62,649 nucleotides of DNA, filler included, from Sphacelaria rigidula (GCA_964200075.2; 9 parts of 9 records of this genome joined end to end with filler, not necessarily neighbours in it); one strand, 5' to 3'. Positions 12,280 through 25,225 are shown, numbered from the whole stretch's first letter. Made by a program: numbers and translations. The notes: generated by a model not told the origin, from the sequence alone.

Positions 12280-13800
12280 TGCACCACCATTTAATTGCGT
12301 TCCATCGATTTTGCTCAACGTAGTCTTCCTTAGTCCTAGGTTCTCGCCCTATATGTGCGCGTTACTCCTTTGTGAAGGGAATGATCATGTGAGTTACAAG
12401 ATGTATTATTCTCGATGTCAGTTTTGCCCTTTGGAAGTAAGCTCTAATTAACCTACAAACCCCTGCATTTGGCGCCGTGATCGTTTCCCGTCAGGGCGAT
12501 GGGGGAAACCCGCTGTCAGTGGTGGGTGGTTTGTGTGGACTCGAGACGACATGTTGTAGGATTGCCATTTGAACCAACCCTTTTGCGAGGGTCAGTTTTT
12601 GAGAATACATCAAATTACTATGAAACTTCATTCTTCCGAGACTGTGCGCTATGCTGATTATGCGGCGCATTTGAGAGGTACCGCATGAGTCTGTGCCTGT
12701 TGCCTTCAATGCAATATGTGCGCACATGAAGACCATCTCATGAGGAACAAGAGTTGGCCCTGGGAAGCACACTCACTGACTGTGATGACTAATGCCGAGA
12801 TAGCCCCCACACAAAACGTGCACCGGAGATCGGCGAACAAACCGGCTGCGATCCCATTACTGGGCTCGGTTGCAGCAATTTCGCCCACGCGGGAGGCCTG
12901 TAGAAATCCAAAATCAGCTGTAATGCCCAAATGAGTCGCGTCGTGCAGCACCAGACCAGCTCTAACGGCATATATGATCATCGCCTTCGTGCACTTTTAT
13001 GGCCGGTTCAGGGGGGGGCTATCTCGGCAGCAGTCTGATTTGGAGAAACACTTTGGAAGCCTTCAGGCCACACCTTATGGCAGACGAAAATTAAGATATG
13101 GAAAATATCTTTCAGGCGCTTCTCTTCGTTTCCCGCTCCAAACGAGAGCTATAATAGGCGGGTTTTGACACCTTGGAATGTCTTGCTGTACTCGGGAGAC
13201 CGGTCAAGTGCAGAAACATATTCGAGATATGTCTGAACCAACGTGCACCACTAGCACGTGACTGCTGTCCCCCCGCCTGTTACACTTGACCAAGTGAAAC
13301 GTGTGCACAGGTAGCCGGGCCAGAAAAGACGATCAGCGGATCGTTCGGCACCGAAGTAACTTGCATAGAAAACATATACCTGTCGAAATTATAATTGGGT
13401 GCTCTGCTACATGAAAAACAACAGTAGTTTTACTGTTGTTCCGAAGCGAAAAATGATCATGGACGATTTCGGGCGATCTGCGTTGAGAGCGACGCAAAAG
13501 GCTTGAATTCGCGTTGCATCCGTCAGGCGCAGGCCGAAACCCCTTTTGAACTCTGACCTGCACGGTATCCGTCCCGCCCATAATAAACGAGCGTTTCGCC
13601 TTCGGAATAGATCATGATCCCGAGTTACAGTCGACCTCGGCAAGTTCTTCTGCGATTCGAGCGGGGGTTGCGGTCAAAGGCGGCTTGCTGAGACCCTCTA
13701 TCAACACTGAACGTGCAGGCGATATTCTTCTGCTGAACTCTCCTTGTTTCATAGCACCATGTATGTCTTGATACGGACAAAATAGCAGGGATGTGTACGG
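12280..13800 (-). pseudogene. Decayed DIRS/Ngaro-like retrotransposon: RNase H end plus tyrosine recombinase
   Basis: Minus-strand motifs in the expected order. KG..N.LLRR...HVAEHP resembles the RNase H C-terminus (HVxGxxNxxADxLSR). LGITADFGFLQASRVGEIAAT resembles YR box I (GFxFLxRxGE). LKATGTD resembles SKTD. HSLHKGVT at ~12360-12383 resembles box II (HSLRxGGAT). Stops and frameshifts throughout. Confidence 0.62.
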
Positions 13801-14124
13801 AGGACAATCCGCTCCGCGCTGCGGATCATCACGGTGCGGTTTGTCAANNNNNNNNNNNNNNNNNNNNNNNNNNNNNNNNNNNNNNNNNNNNTTAATTAAT
13901 TAANNNNNNNNNNNNNNNNNNNNNNNNNNNNNNNNNNNNNNNNNNNNATCACTTCTCTGTTATCAGCGCATCGTGTGTAGCACAACGTTGTGACAGCTAA
14001 GCACGTATCTCATCCGGTACGGGTCCGTTTGCTCCGTGCGATGGCTTGAACGATAGCTAGAGACTGTGTGAGTGTTTTCTATGTGTTGCTGTGTCCATGC
14101 GTGGCTCGTGGGACGGATGCTGAA

Positions 14125-14240
14125 CGTTGACGGATGTAACAGATTACGTCAATGTTGGCGGATGTAACACAGTGCGTCAATGTTGGCGGATGTAACACAG
14201 TACGTCAATGTTGGCGGACGTAACACAGTGCGTCAACATT
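14125..14240. repeat. 28-bp minisatellite, about 4 copies
   Basis: gttggcggatgtaacacagtgcgtcaat repeated with minor variants. Confidence 0.9.
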
Positions 14241-14413
14241 GACGTAAATAGCAAGACCCTATAATCTATCAATATCAGTGGATGATCCCCGCGTGAAGGG
14301 GGGTATACGATTGCGCGATGAGTCCTGTCAGATACGTTTGTTGAAAAGATACGCTGTATTGCGCTCGAAATATCTACATCCGCCACCTTCTTCTACAGAT
14401 TGTCGGCTGACGT

Positions 14414-14624
14414 TGTAATGCGTGAGAGGACCGCGTGCTTAGAGGACCGAATCGGAATTTGAACATTCCTATGGTAAGGGTTAGGGTTAGGGTTAGGGTT
14501 GGGTTTAAGGTCAGGGGCGTGGTGCCCGCAGGGACTGACCTGATTGGTTTTGAAAAACGTCGATCCTGAGGTATTTTGAACTACGGCGCGGTCCTCTAAG
14601 CACGCGGTCCTCTCACGCATTACA
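14414..14624 (+). mobile_element. 211-bp MITE with perfect 36-bp TIRs (TGT...ACA), a 5-bp TSD and an internal (TTAGGG)n tract
   Basis: TIR tgtaatgcgtgagaggaccgcgtgcttagaggaccg and its exact reverse complement. TSD gacgt at 14409-14413 and 14625-14629. gtaagggttagggttagggttagggttggg at ~14474-14503. Confidence 0.93.
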
Positions 14625-14931
14625 GACGTTATCAGGAAATAAGCATTTGATGGCCTGTACCCACAATATTTACTCAGTGAAAAGCAACGGTACCTGCGCA
14701 GTAGACCAGACAACCGTTTGCGGTAGCAACGAGGTGCGGCGTGTCTGACGTCGGTTCAGGATTCTCATAGCACCCCAACAGCAGCCCACCAGTAGTTTAG
14801 GGTTGCCCCTGCTCTAGATGATGAAAATCGCCATCAAAGGGTATGGCATGGTCGGTATGTCATATACCTTTTGATCGTCATGTTGATGGTGGATTTTTAA
14901 AGAGGAGCCGAAGAATGGCCGCGTGTGTGAC

Positions 14932-15097
14932 AATTCCCACGCTTGGATTCGTTTTCGCCAATGTCACCCATATGAGACGCTTCATGGAGTAGCCTGAAGC
15001 CGAACATCAGGCGCTATGTGACCATTTTCTTCGTGACAGTATTGGACTCGTTTTTTTTTTGGGGGGGGGGGGGGGGGGGAGGCTATCGTAAAAAGTG
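14932..15097. mobile_element. Terminus of a DNA transposon family ending ...gggggctatcgNaNaaagtg (CACTT end); also at 27893-28039 and 41905-41978
   Basis: aattcccacgcttgg...ccgaacatcaggcgct...ccatttt..cgtgaca...G-run-gctatcg..aaagtg is shared by contigs 3 and 5, and its distal part by contig 7. Similarity stops at the same position in all three. Confidence 0.72.
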
Positions 15098-15292
15098 TTG
15101 GTTGTGGATTGAGATTTATGAACCTTGGATTTACGGACGCGAATAAAATCATGGATAATGACAGGAAAATAAATGCGTTCGGTGCTATACGCAACTTTAA
15201 TTAATGCGTGCTGATTTATTAGCTCGGGTTGACGGGAGGAACGAGGGGAAGACAGTGCATAGGCCCCTGGAAGCAAGGATACAGACGCGGAG

Positions 15293-18200
15293 ATGTTGCG
15301 AATAGCCGGACGGGTTGTGTATCAGAGATGCAACAACCGAGAAACAGCAGCACGCATCGCCACCCTACCTCGCACTGCTACTTACGTAGGGCGAGGGTTC
15401 TCCACTGATGCCGGAGGCGGGTCGGCCGGGGAGTCCAGGCTTGTGGAGGTCTCTACCAAGGAGCAGTTTGTTGACTTCCCCAGGTATGCTTGGACTGCAC
15501 ACTGTTCGTGTTGTGTGTCGATCGCTTAGTGATATTTTCATGGATGTGTAAGCTTCGGTAATTGTGCGCTGGCGGTTTGTTCCCGTGGCCGGTAGGGGGC
15601 GGTGGACCGCACAGGCCCTAAGGCGTCGTAATGTACTTCGTGAACGAGGGTCGTTATGTCGCCGTGGAAATGGTGGGAGCATTTTGTTGCTCTCTGCTAC
15701 ACCCACCAGTACTTGCGCCACCGGCCACCGGTACTGTTCTTCACCGGTGGCTGCCCCCCGTCCCCCCTTTCCGTGCGACGATCTTTACTGTGACCTGAAG
15801 TGATCAACTCGTGCTCTCATCCACATAGATCGGTACATCCACTGATGCCAGCACAGACAACAGCGTGTACTTCCGTGGCGCTCTTGATAAGAGCGTTGCC
15901 CGTTCTCGCGCGGCGGGCGCGGGTGGGGATACCACTTTCGACCAAGCACCGTCTGCACGTCGCTTACTGCTGTCTACCTGTTCCTCTTGCCTTATAGGGT
16001 TTCTTTCCACTCAACCTTTGGTACAATCGAAGTGCACAACATGCCTGTAGCGAGAAACCCCTCAGGAGGTCTAAACGAAAAGCTTCAGTTGAGGAAGTTT
16101 CCCCCAGGTGCAATTCAATTCTGACAGCGGGTCTGACCAGTAGTCAAGTAGCAAGTAGCCCACACCTGCATCTTCGTCCCAGGAGACATCGCATCAGATC
16201 AATTCTTGGACAGGGCACGTGACGTTCTCTTCCCACGGTATCCACTACAGTACCAAGTTGGGGAAACTGGTGATGTTGCTGTTTCAGAGAGGGTCCATGA
16301 AAAATTTAGAGTAGAATACCCTTGTGGGCAATCGTCACCCTTGACGTAAGGACGGCTGCGTACCACAAAATAGACAGCATTCCACACCTGATATTCACAC
16401 GAAAATGCACACCACAGCCCTTTGCACCACCCTGGTCAAATGCGTGGAATGCTAATTCGTTTCCGTGTGAGAGCGGAATTCTTGGACGAATCTGGAGCTG
16501 GCCGATGCAAAGGTATGAGAGTTGCGTGTCATTTCACGTTCGTGTGGAAACGGGATGAAATACTCTGTCGTTGTAGGCAGAATCCCTTGCAATTTTTCAG
16601 GGGTCTACACGTGCCACAACGTTACACGTTACGCTCACGTTACGTTTTGGCCGAAATGTAACGTAACGTCCAATTTCAAATGAAGCGCTAACTTTTCACA
16701 TGCTGAACGAAACGTAACGCGAAGGTTGAATTGCCCAAACGTTCAAATCACGTGATATGAAATGTTTCATGGAACGAGAAACCTCATGAACACGATACAT
16801 GAGGCGGTTCAAACTTCAAGTTTGTAATGAATTTTGGAACCCTAAAAGATTAAAAGCTTCAATAAACCCGGGTTCTACACGTTACACGTGCCACAATATT
16901 ACACGTAACGTGATTTTTTTTTCATGTGACGAACGCAACGTAACGTAAACGTTCAATTATCAAATGAAAAAAATGATCAGTCGGTGTATAGTGAAATAAG
17001 AGCTTGCCAAGCTAGATAAATGCTTTGATTGCCTGGAGCGCGGTGTAAACCTGTCATAAATATATATATACATAAATGCGTACATATGAATGCCTGCCTT
17101 TGACGGCCGTGATGAACTATCTTATTCGTCCCTGTGTACATGTATACATACATCTAGAGAGTCAAGGGTACCCGATATTGTTGTTTCTGGGGAATGCCGG
17201 GACAACCCAAGCCGGCGTTCAATCATGTTCACGATCTGTTGTGTGTACAGTATGTGCTATCGTTCGATTGAAAAAGCATTTGAAAACTGAAAATTGAAAA
17301 CAGAAAGATCAAAAGACTGGAGGAGGTACGAAAATATGACGGTCAAAAACGAAGGAACAATACGCGGTAGAGAAAGTAACGTTACACAATTTGATTATGC
17401 GCCTACGCTTCAACATACGACGGGCCACCGTCAGCGCCAAATACACGGCAACGTCACGCGTCACATGACACGTCACAACGCCTTAACCCTTTGAGAAACC
17501 TCCCCTCCCGTCCCCGGTCCAGACGCCTCATTATTTCAAGCGCTGACAAAGGAGAAAATATGGGAAAAGTAAATACCGACAACACCCAATGTTTATGGCG
17601 GAAAGCCACAGAAGAATCCACCGGCATACGCCATGCTCGCACCAACCATGTCGCCCCGGTGCGGTCGGATTAATTTTATCGAATGAGGAGACACAACGGG
17701 TCAAATGTGCTCAACTTTGTGCACACAGCAAAAACCAGTACCGCGGCCTCCGAGTTTCATACAACAAAAATCAGCACTACCTGTATTTTTTCTATATATT
17801 TAGTCCCGTGTGGGGCACTGCGGCACACATTTATATAGGTGGCGCACCCCACCGGAGTATTGTTGTGCTGCAGTCTGGAGGTCGTACCAACACTTGGCAA
17901 GCGTGCTAAGCCACATCACAGGAACAAAGCAGTATGGCCGAGCACACAGAAATCCCCTCATCACACGTGGAAGGATTGAGGTGCGATACAGTATTTACGC
18001 GACTTGGGCAAAATAGTGGTCCTTGGAAGCTGCAAACAATCAACCGTATGTTGTTTGAAAAACAGTACCTCGAAATCAGCAACTTTCCAATGCCAGTACC
18101 AAAAGGGTTGAACACTGGTGAGTGAGCCGCGACATGCACAATGAAACGTTACATTTTAACGTTACACGTGTCAATGAAACGTTACGTTACACGTTACACG

Positions 18201-19857
18201 TTCCATGAAACGTCTCATATTACGTTGCATGTAACGAGACGTAACGTTGAATTATTTCAACGTGCCGAAACGAAACGTGAACATAACGTTGAATTTTCGA
18301 ATGAAACGTTAACGTAACGTCGAAATTCTGTAATGTGCCGAATGAAACGTAACGTAAACAGTAAAATTTGCAAACGTGATCACCATAATGCGAACGTGTA
18401 ACGTGCGTCGTGTAGACCCCTGCAATTCATGACAGTCAGAGCCTGGCATCCTTTACACGAACAGATAGCTGTGGATGAGGCCGTTCAAAAGTTCTGGAAA
18501 TTACTTAATGCGAAAGACCCTAATACCTGTAACGTCTTATAGGGTCCGAGATGAGCAGAACGAACATCCATAATCATCGCCTCGACGTTGTCCTGCACTT
18601 GAACTTTGAATTTGAAAAAAAACGTAACTTTTCCCCCATGTCTTGAGCAAAAACGCGGGTCAGAGAAGTCACCGTGCAACTTTTGAGTTCGATACAGCGT
18701 GCGCGGTATGCAGAGCTGTAGAGGAGAAAGCTGGGAACGGAGTCCGCCCACTTCGTTTTATATGTCAGCATACGCTCGCTCGTGGGCATTGGGTCTCGAT
18801 TCTGTTGTCCGACATGCATGCCGAGTGCGTTGTACCGGCTCTGCAGCAAAAAGCACGTACGCACTCAAGAAAAGGAAATGGATCATGATCATGCAGAACC
18901 GACATTTGATTTTACCTGGTTTTGTGAATCTTGTGGTTTATCGACTCACAGCACAAGCCGGGCATTGGTCGAGAGCTGTATACATAGGTTTTTCGTCGAT
19001 ACCCGTACGGTGTGTGACTTTAGTTGATGTCCACGAGTCTCCAGGGAATGTCCTCACTTTGTTCCGACTCAAGTTTTTCGCGTTTTGGAGCCGTCAGCAC
19101 AAAAACGTTTCAGACGCATCTATGCGTTGATAAGCGCCCGAGAGAGGTTTTCCTCGGTACCTATGGTGTAATGCATGGAGCGTCGGGCCACCAAAAGTAA
19201 AATCTAGAGCGTGCCTCGCAAGTGAGGCGACCCTGCCACCTTAGTGATTCGTCCGCGGCGACCCGCTGGTGTAATGGTCCCACTGTCGCCATTGGGGTGG
19301 AGAGAACGAGGGTTTGATTCCCGATGCTTTGGGTTTTTTCTTCGTAGTATCTTCTTTCCTGCGTGGGAAGCGTGAGAACGTGAGTAAACGAAGTAGTCGA
19401 CTGAGTATGGCTGACGTGAGTTGACGCGGTGCGGGAGTGCTGATGGTCATGATCCAAAACGCAAGGAGCGTACCGAGGAGAGATGGGTGGATCCCTTGAG
19501 ACCACGGACTCGTTCCGAGGGAGAGAAGGGGTTCAAAGTGCGACAAAAAAATGTGAAGATAGCTTTGACTACTGTAGAGTAGCGCGGCGATGGTCAAATT
19601 CTAGAACAATTATGTGCGGGTTGTCGGAGATCCTCCTCATGTTTCTGTCCCGTTTTGCTGCTTTCAAAAACAAAAGATGATCCACGTGTTGGGGAATGTC
19701 GATTTGGAGTGCCCTTCGGTGTCTGTCACTATATTTAGGTAGGATTTTACCCTTCCTCGCACCTCGAGGTCTTATGAAAAGTTTTTTTAGCTAAGCACAA
19801 CTGGCTAATGCCGCCGGTAACAGGAACCACCCCAAGGTAGTCGTGTTGTGGGTGCAG
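15293..19857 (+). CDS. 5' part of a spliced gene (exon 1 15293-15483, candidate exon 2 19824-19857); probably mitochondrion-targeted, possibly thioredoxin-like
   Basis: Arg/Thr/Ala-rich N-terminus ending RGFSTDA, typical of a mitochondrial presequence. Donor AG|GTATGC (phase 2), acceptor with a ctaat branch site, and donor GTGAGC. The joined peptide LVEVSTKEQFVDFPR-NHPKVVVLWVQ resembles the thioredoxin N-terminus before the CxxC, but no CxxC is seen in the window. Confidence 0.6.
16598..18422. mobile_element. Non-autonomous hAT element inside intron 1
   Basis: Perfect 14-bp TIR caggggtctacacg / cgtgtagacccctg. Imperfect 8-bp TSD caattttt / caattcat. Dense subterminal acgtaacgt / acgttac repeats at both ends and a duplicated left end at ~16868. 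Confidence 0.85.
17487..18107. mobile_element. piggyBac-like non-autonomous element nested in the hAT
   Basis: ttaa|ccctttga ... taccaaaaggg|ttga, i.e. CCC...GGG ends at a TTAA-like site. A second copy of the right part lies at 33331-33871. Confidence 0.68.
19258..19551 (+). mobile_element. tRNA-derived SINE
   Basis: A-box-like ctggtgtaatgg, B-box-like gggtttgattccc, A-rich tail. Body motif cgactg...tgg.tg.cgtg.gt is shared with 58036-58256. Confidence 0.55.
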
Positions 19858-22499
19858 GTGAGCTGTTTCGGATCCGTGACCCGCCGTTTTACCTCACTTT
19901 TCCCATGACGGGAGTATCGTCTGTCCATTTCGTACACCGTTTATCTAAAGTGCTTGTGTACTGCCCCAAATACACTCAACATAACTAGCGGTGAGGAATG
20001 TCCAGCCGGGTGTGGTGCATATTTGGGAAGTTGCTCCGCCCAAGTACCGCCTCACCCCGGCGTTCAAAGAGGTACCCCAGATTCCGTTTCAGGCGGATGC
20101 TGTGGGTTTGAATCCGTCTTGACTCGATATCCCGCCGCTGAATGCGTGAAGGCATGACGGGCGAATACAAGTTCAGGAAAAGTTTATGGGTTGCGGGAGA
20201 GCCGATGGTTATCCTCCGATACTCCATATTAAATCGTGGGGCAGGTTCGGGGGGAAAGATGCGTCAATCCTTTGAGATTACGGCCTTGTCCTGTGAGAGG
20301 AGAGGGGGTTGAAAACATGACGAACAAAAACACAAGAAAACCAACCAAAAATCGTGTCTATTTACCCAGAACCGAATCGAGTTCATGGTTGCTTAGCACG
20401 GCGTCGTTACGCAATAAACCACGCGCAATAACTGGATTGCTTTTCGAGCCCCCCGAAGTAACGTGAAGAATCGCACGACATGGCTTCCAAATGCACCGCT
20501 TTTCTTTTCGAACGGCTGGAAGTCATGTCCGTCGCGTTAGACCAATCATGAACGACACAAAGTACGCGCCCAAGACATCCCCACGCCAACACATGTGAAA
20601 TGCCGCGCAAAGAATACCCCGCACGAGTTGCTTCCCCCGAAACACATAGTCAAATCTACAATGATGGAGGGCCGGCGGTGCATGTGCGAATCTGACTGCC
20701 CGACGAAAAACATGCCGAAGGGTACAAGGGTCGGAAAAATAATTATTCGTCTAAAAATTACTTGTTTTTAGTATGATGAATCGACTCGTGACGAATCTAT
20801 CCCTAGGCTTTATTTCAGCGNNNNNNNNNNNNNNNNNNNNNNNNNNNNNNNNNNNNNNNNNNNNTTAATTAATTAANNNNNNNNNNNNNNNNNNNNNNNN
20901 NNNNNNNNNNNNNNNNNNNNAATCAAGCTTTGAAATTCGGTCCAGGGGGTGTGCGATGACTCGCACAATTACGGTATATGTGGCACGCGTTCAGCGAGTA
21001 CTTTTGTTTGTCATTATCCAGTGAGGACTATGTCGAAGCGACTGGAGTATAACTCTCTACCGCCGGGGGCGCTACGAAGACCCTCACCTGTCCCGTCAAG
21101 TAACGAACATGAGCATTTGGCGGGGTGTGAGATGTTGTGAGGTGCGCATTGGACAGAAAAACAGCAGCGGGATGCAGTTAGTCGATTGGTCGTCAGGGAA
21201 AATGGTGAATCCAAAAAATTGACTGGTCAAAGAAAATCGCGGTCGAAGAATGACGTTATTACGAAAGACCGTTTCCGCGAAGAAATGAAGCAAAACCCTG
21301 TTTGATCACAAGGGCGGGTCATCTGGGTCTCACGTTCATCTTCGGAATGAAATTGACGCCGATTCAGCAGATGATTCACCCTCGCGTTCAAAGGGTTGAG
21401 TTCCAGTAGAGATGCGATGCTAAAATGCACTCGTCATCAGCCCCGGCCACCGTGCGCCAGAAGCTGGAATCACGATGCGGTACGAATTGAGTAGCAATAA
21501 ATGTCTTTCTGCAGCTACACAAGCGTATTATGAAGGCGGCTCGGGACACGAGGTGAGGCAAGAACGGACATGAAACAGTTCGGAACACAAATTGAAATGC
21601 CACATCCGAGTCTCATCTATGTGGCCGGCGACGAATCAAGCTGCTGCCCTGTACGTGTGTGGCTCACATTGAGTATTGTGAGATCCGGGACGTTTGTTAG
21701 CTTCCCTCCGGGGGGAAGCCTCCACATCCCGCTCCTGAGGCGTAAAAAGCAAAGCATAAAAAACAGCGAGATAACCGCGGTTTGGGGTCATCGAAACAAA
21801 AGTTTCGTTGTATTTTCGGGGTCAGATCGTGAATCACAGAAACTCTCCTGACACATGGAATAATACTTTTCAACCGCCGTTTTCTCGAAGCACGAGGGCA
21901 ACGGCAAATTACGAGAGATTCAGGGGACGGCCATATCACACATACTCAACGTTGGGCTGGAAACCCAGTCAGTCACAAAGCGACCACCGCTCTCCTTCCC
22001 TTTCGTGCTGTCCGAAGCCTACCTGGATCGGCATTCGACGCCAAGCCCCAGCCTCCCCATGGCTGCAGTCAGCGCTTGCTCCATTATTCTGGAATCCAAA
22101 CATTCAAATACAACACCGCGACTACGTCGCCCCCTCGCTCCGTCGGCTTCAGGGCGGAACCCGTCGGTACTTTCACCGGCGACCGTTTCGCCCGGCCAGC
22201 TGCCTGATCTGACCTGACCGTGCCCTCTCGTACCTTTACTAGTTTCGCACGAGTGTAAGTGGGTGAGCAGACCCGCTGCTTCAGGTTGCACCACCTCGGC
22301 CGCAAGGGCCGCCCCGGAATTGGCACTGAGGCTGAACAGCAGCATGCGGGGTCTTGAGCGTGCGTCCCGGGAGGGCAAGTTCGGCGGCGACATTTTGATT
22401 TGTCAGCGTGCGGGAATATCGGATGGACAAAATTCAAACGTTTTTTTCGGGGGGGCATGGAGGGGCGGGTGCGCGAACGAAGCGAGCTGGTGAGAATTT

Positions 22500-24000
22500 T
22501 AGTAATTCGGTGCTGTGATGAGGCGATAGTGTTCTGACAAATTAACGCGGCTGGAGTCTCCTATTTTGCGGTCGAACGCCAGAGGTGTTTCAACTGCTGT
22601 GTCAAGATTATTGATATCCTGTCTCACGTGGCAGTACCCATGTGGATAAGAATCAAACGTCAGAAGGTCGACCGAGATGGACGCCAACGATACTTACGTG
22701 ACAGGCGCAAGTGTCGAATTCTTCGGACGAAATCCCTCAGCGTCCGTACGGTGTTTTTTCTGCGCAGGCAGGTAGACAGGCTCGTCGTGGAAAAGGGCAA
22801 ACTCTCGAAAAAAGGCAGGCCCTTGCGAAAGACTACTGTACCGGTCTACCAAAGTACCCCGCAGAAGGTAGCGGTGCAGCTGCATCCATGAAGATACATC
22901 ATTTGAAATAAACAGTAGTCGCCCAGGGACATGGATAAGCTCGAGATGGTACTGCAATAGTGGACGGGGAGGGAGGGGGGGGAGGCGTGCTCATGATTTT
23001 TGGCCGGCTGACAACAAACACATGTACATTCGAAGAGGGCGTGGTAACGTTTTGCGTACCGCACTTGTGTTGTACGACTATTCACCACGTGCCCTTGAAA
23101 AGGACCGTACATTGTAGCGAGAGCGGCAAGCGGAAAGTGTAAAAATAAAAAGAATACTCCCGCAGTCGCAACCATAGGTTTCAAAGTGACAAACATATAA
23201 GAAACAGCAAAAAGTGCCGTTACCGCTCCTACCACTCCACCCCCAGAAACAGCAACAACTCACGTGGTCTGCTCCGCGGCGCACGAAACTAGAGCCACCG
23301 CAGAAGGTCTGGCAACGGAGTCCACCACCGCATCCCGAACTAACCCCATTTCCCCACCGGCACCCCCCGTACCCCTCCCGATTTGCTGTGCCGTGACGGA
23401 ATAGTTGAGGCGACGGAGAGTTTGGAGAGCAGGAAAAGAGTGTGGTAGGCTGCCGCCAAGCCATCGCCCTACGTATTCCATCGCTGCCACGCCTACTACA
23501 GCCTGGACGGGGGTTGTTACAGCTCCACCCGAGGTTTGGTGCTGGGGATATGCGTAAGAGGATTGTCACGAAGTGATGCACAGGCAAGATTGAGCGTTTG
23601 CGTAAAAATGTAGGTATTGTAGAGTAAACCACCAGATATGATTTTGTTGATCCAGATCCTCGCAGGCGTAATAAACCGACGTACCTAGCCTGAAACATAA
23701 CGCCTCAGTAGGAAACCGGTTAAAATGAAAAGATGCCGAAATATTTTATGGAATTTGGAGCACACCTTGGGCAACCATTGGGCCAACAGCACACCTGCAG
23801 GTGGTGAACATGACCGCGCACGGTTAACCATTAAAACCACGGATTTTTGGAACTGGGAATGCACCTTTGTTGCTATCATGGGCAGAGAGTTATCCCGCAA
23901 TGACGGCCTTTCACCCCTTTGTATGGTGCTGCCAATGTTACTGGCTACACATACGTTACGCTCACGTGAGTTCAGGGCGACAGGAGCAGGGGCAATGGCC
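22500..24000 (-). pseudogene. Highly decayed Ty3/Gypsy-like pol remnant
   Basis: Faint minus-strand motifs in pol order: KGAFPVPKI...FTT...QIP (RT start, ~23750-23868), then QYHLELIHVPG (RNase H end, ~22925-22957). Many stops. Confidence 0.35.
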
Positions 24001-24638
24001 AACGGTACGGTGCCATGGGAGAGAGGAAGTTCATCAAGTAGACGCACCAAATAAGAAAACAACTGGGATTGGTCGATAACTGTTGTCATCTGGTACGTGT
24101 GGGGCGATGATTTGATAACGATAGTGTCCATTGCTGTATTGCTGTATGCCGTGTTCACCTTAAGACACGTCTATCTTTGTGACCAGTTTTGGATTCATGG
24201 CGGATCAGTGAATGTGGAACACTTGATCCATCACTTCGCTGTCCGTGAGCAGATCGACCGAACCATGGTGACGATTGTGTGGCGACATTGTCACGCACTG
24301 TATGTAGAGGAGGAAGAAAAGTCAGGGTGTAATGTGGTTAGCCTCTGGATACGACGCCTTCGACGCGGCCATGACTCCTTTCAGTCTGCTGTTCGGTTTC
24401 TCCTCTGACAAGGAAAAACTGAGGTAACAAATGTCTCACCTTGACATCCTCTTGCATCTCGCAAGTGTAACCGATGAACATGGTTACGGTGAACGGGCAC
24501 CAAGGGAGATCCGAACGCAGCTTGGAGCAGACTTATGTACAGCGTAACTCTGCGTGCTACTGACTACGCCTACCAGATACAAACCAACAGAGTACACAGG
24601 CGCTGAGATACCGGCTTTGCCAAGACGACGGCTAACAA

Positions 24639-24927
24639 TGTTTTCGTGAGATTGAGAGTAGAGCGCTGATTGAGAGTGGCTTCGGTCATTTGCTTTAACT
24701 CAACCAATTCTTTATTCCGTGTGCGCTTTTCTCTGTGTCCATCACTGGCGTGTGCTTACAGCTACACGTCGATATCCTACTCAGGGATACCAAGGGCCTC
24801 AGTGGCAAGCTACTACAGGAAGAATATCGCGCCTCGTGGAGGGGCATTTCGGAACTGAAACGATTTATTGACTAGTTGACCCCTTTTTACTCTCAATCGT
24901 ACCTTCAACTCTCAATATCAAAGAACG
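24639..24927. mobile_element. MITE with ~38-bp imperfect TIRs (tgttttcgtgagattgagag...); family termini also at 33964 and 41673
   Basis: Left tgttttcgtgagattgagagtagagcgctgattgagagt versus right actctcaatcgtaccttcaactctcaatatcaaagaac. The same left end occurs in three contigs. Confidence 0.72.
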
Positions 24928-25225
24928 CATCGTTGGCTGCACTCGGCCGATTTTTTTTACATCAACTCAACAGGCAGAGCGCGGTGTTCCCACGGGAGAG
25001 GCATCGGCCGCTTGTACTGACTGGGTTGCAGTGACATGAGAACTTACTTTTATACAGCACAGTCATCGTACGTTACTAGCTCGGTACAGTACGTAGAGTA
25101 CTGTTGCACTGTGCTTGTGTCATTTACTAGCACTTGTATACTGAAGTACATGTATTCTGCGACAATCTCTGCGGACCGAGCGTGCGGCGGTTGCATATAA
25201 AACGGGCGAGGTGATTAGTACTCAC

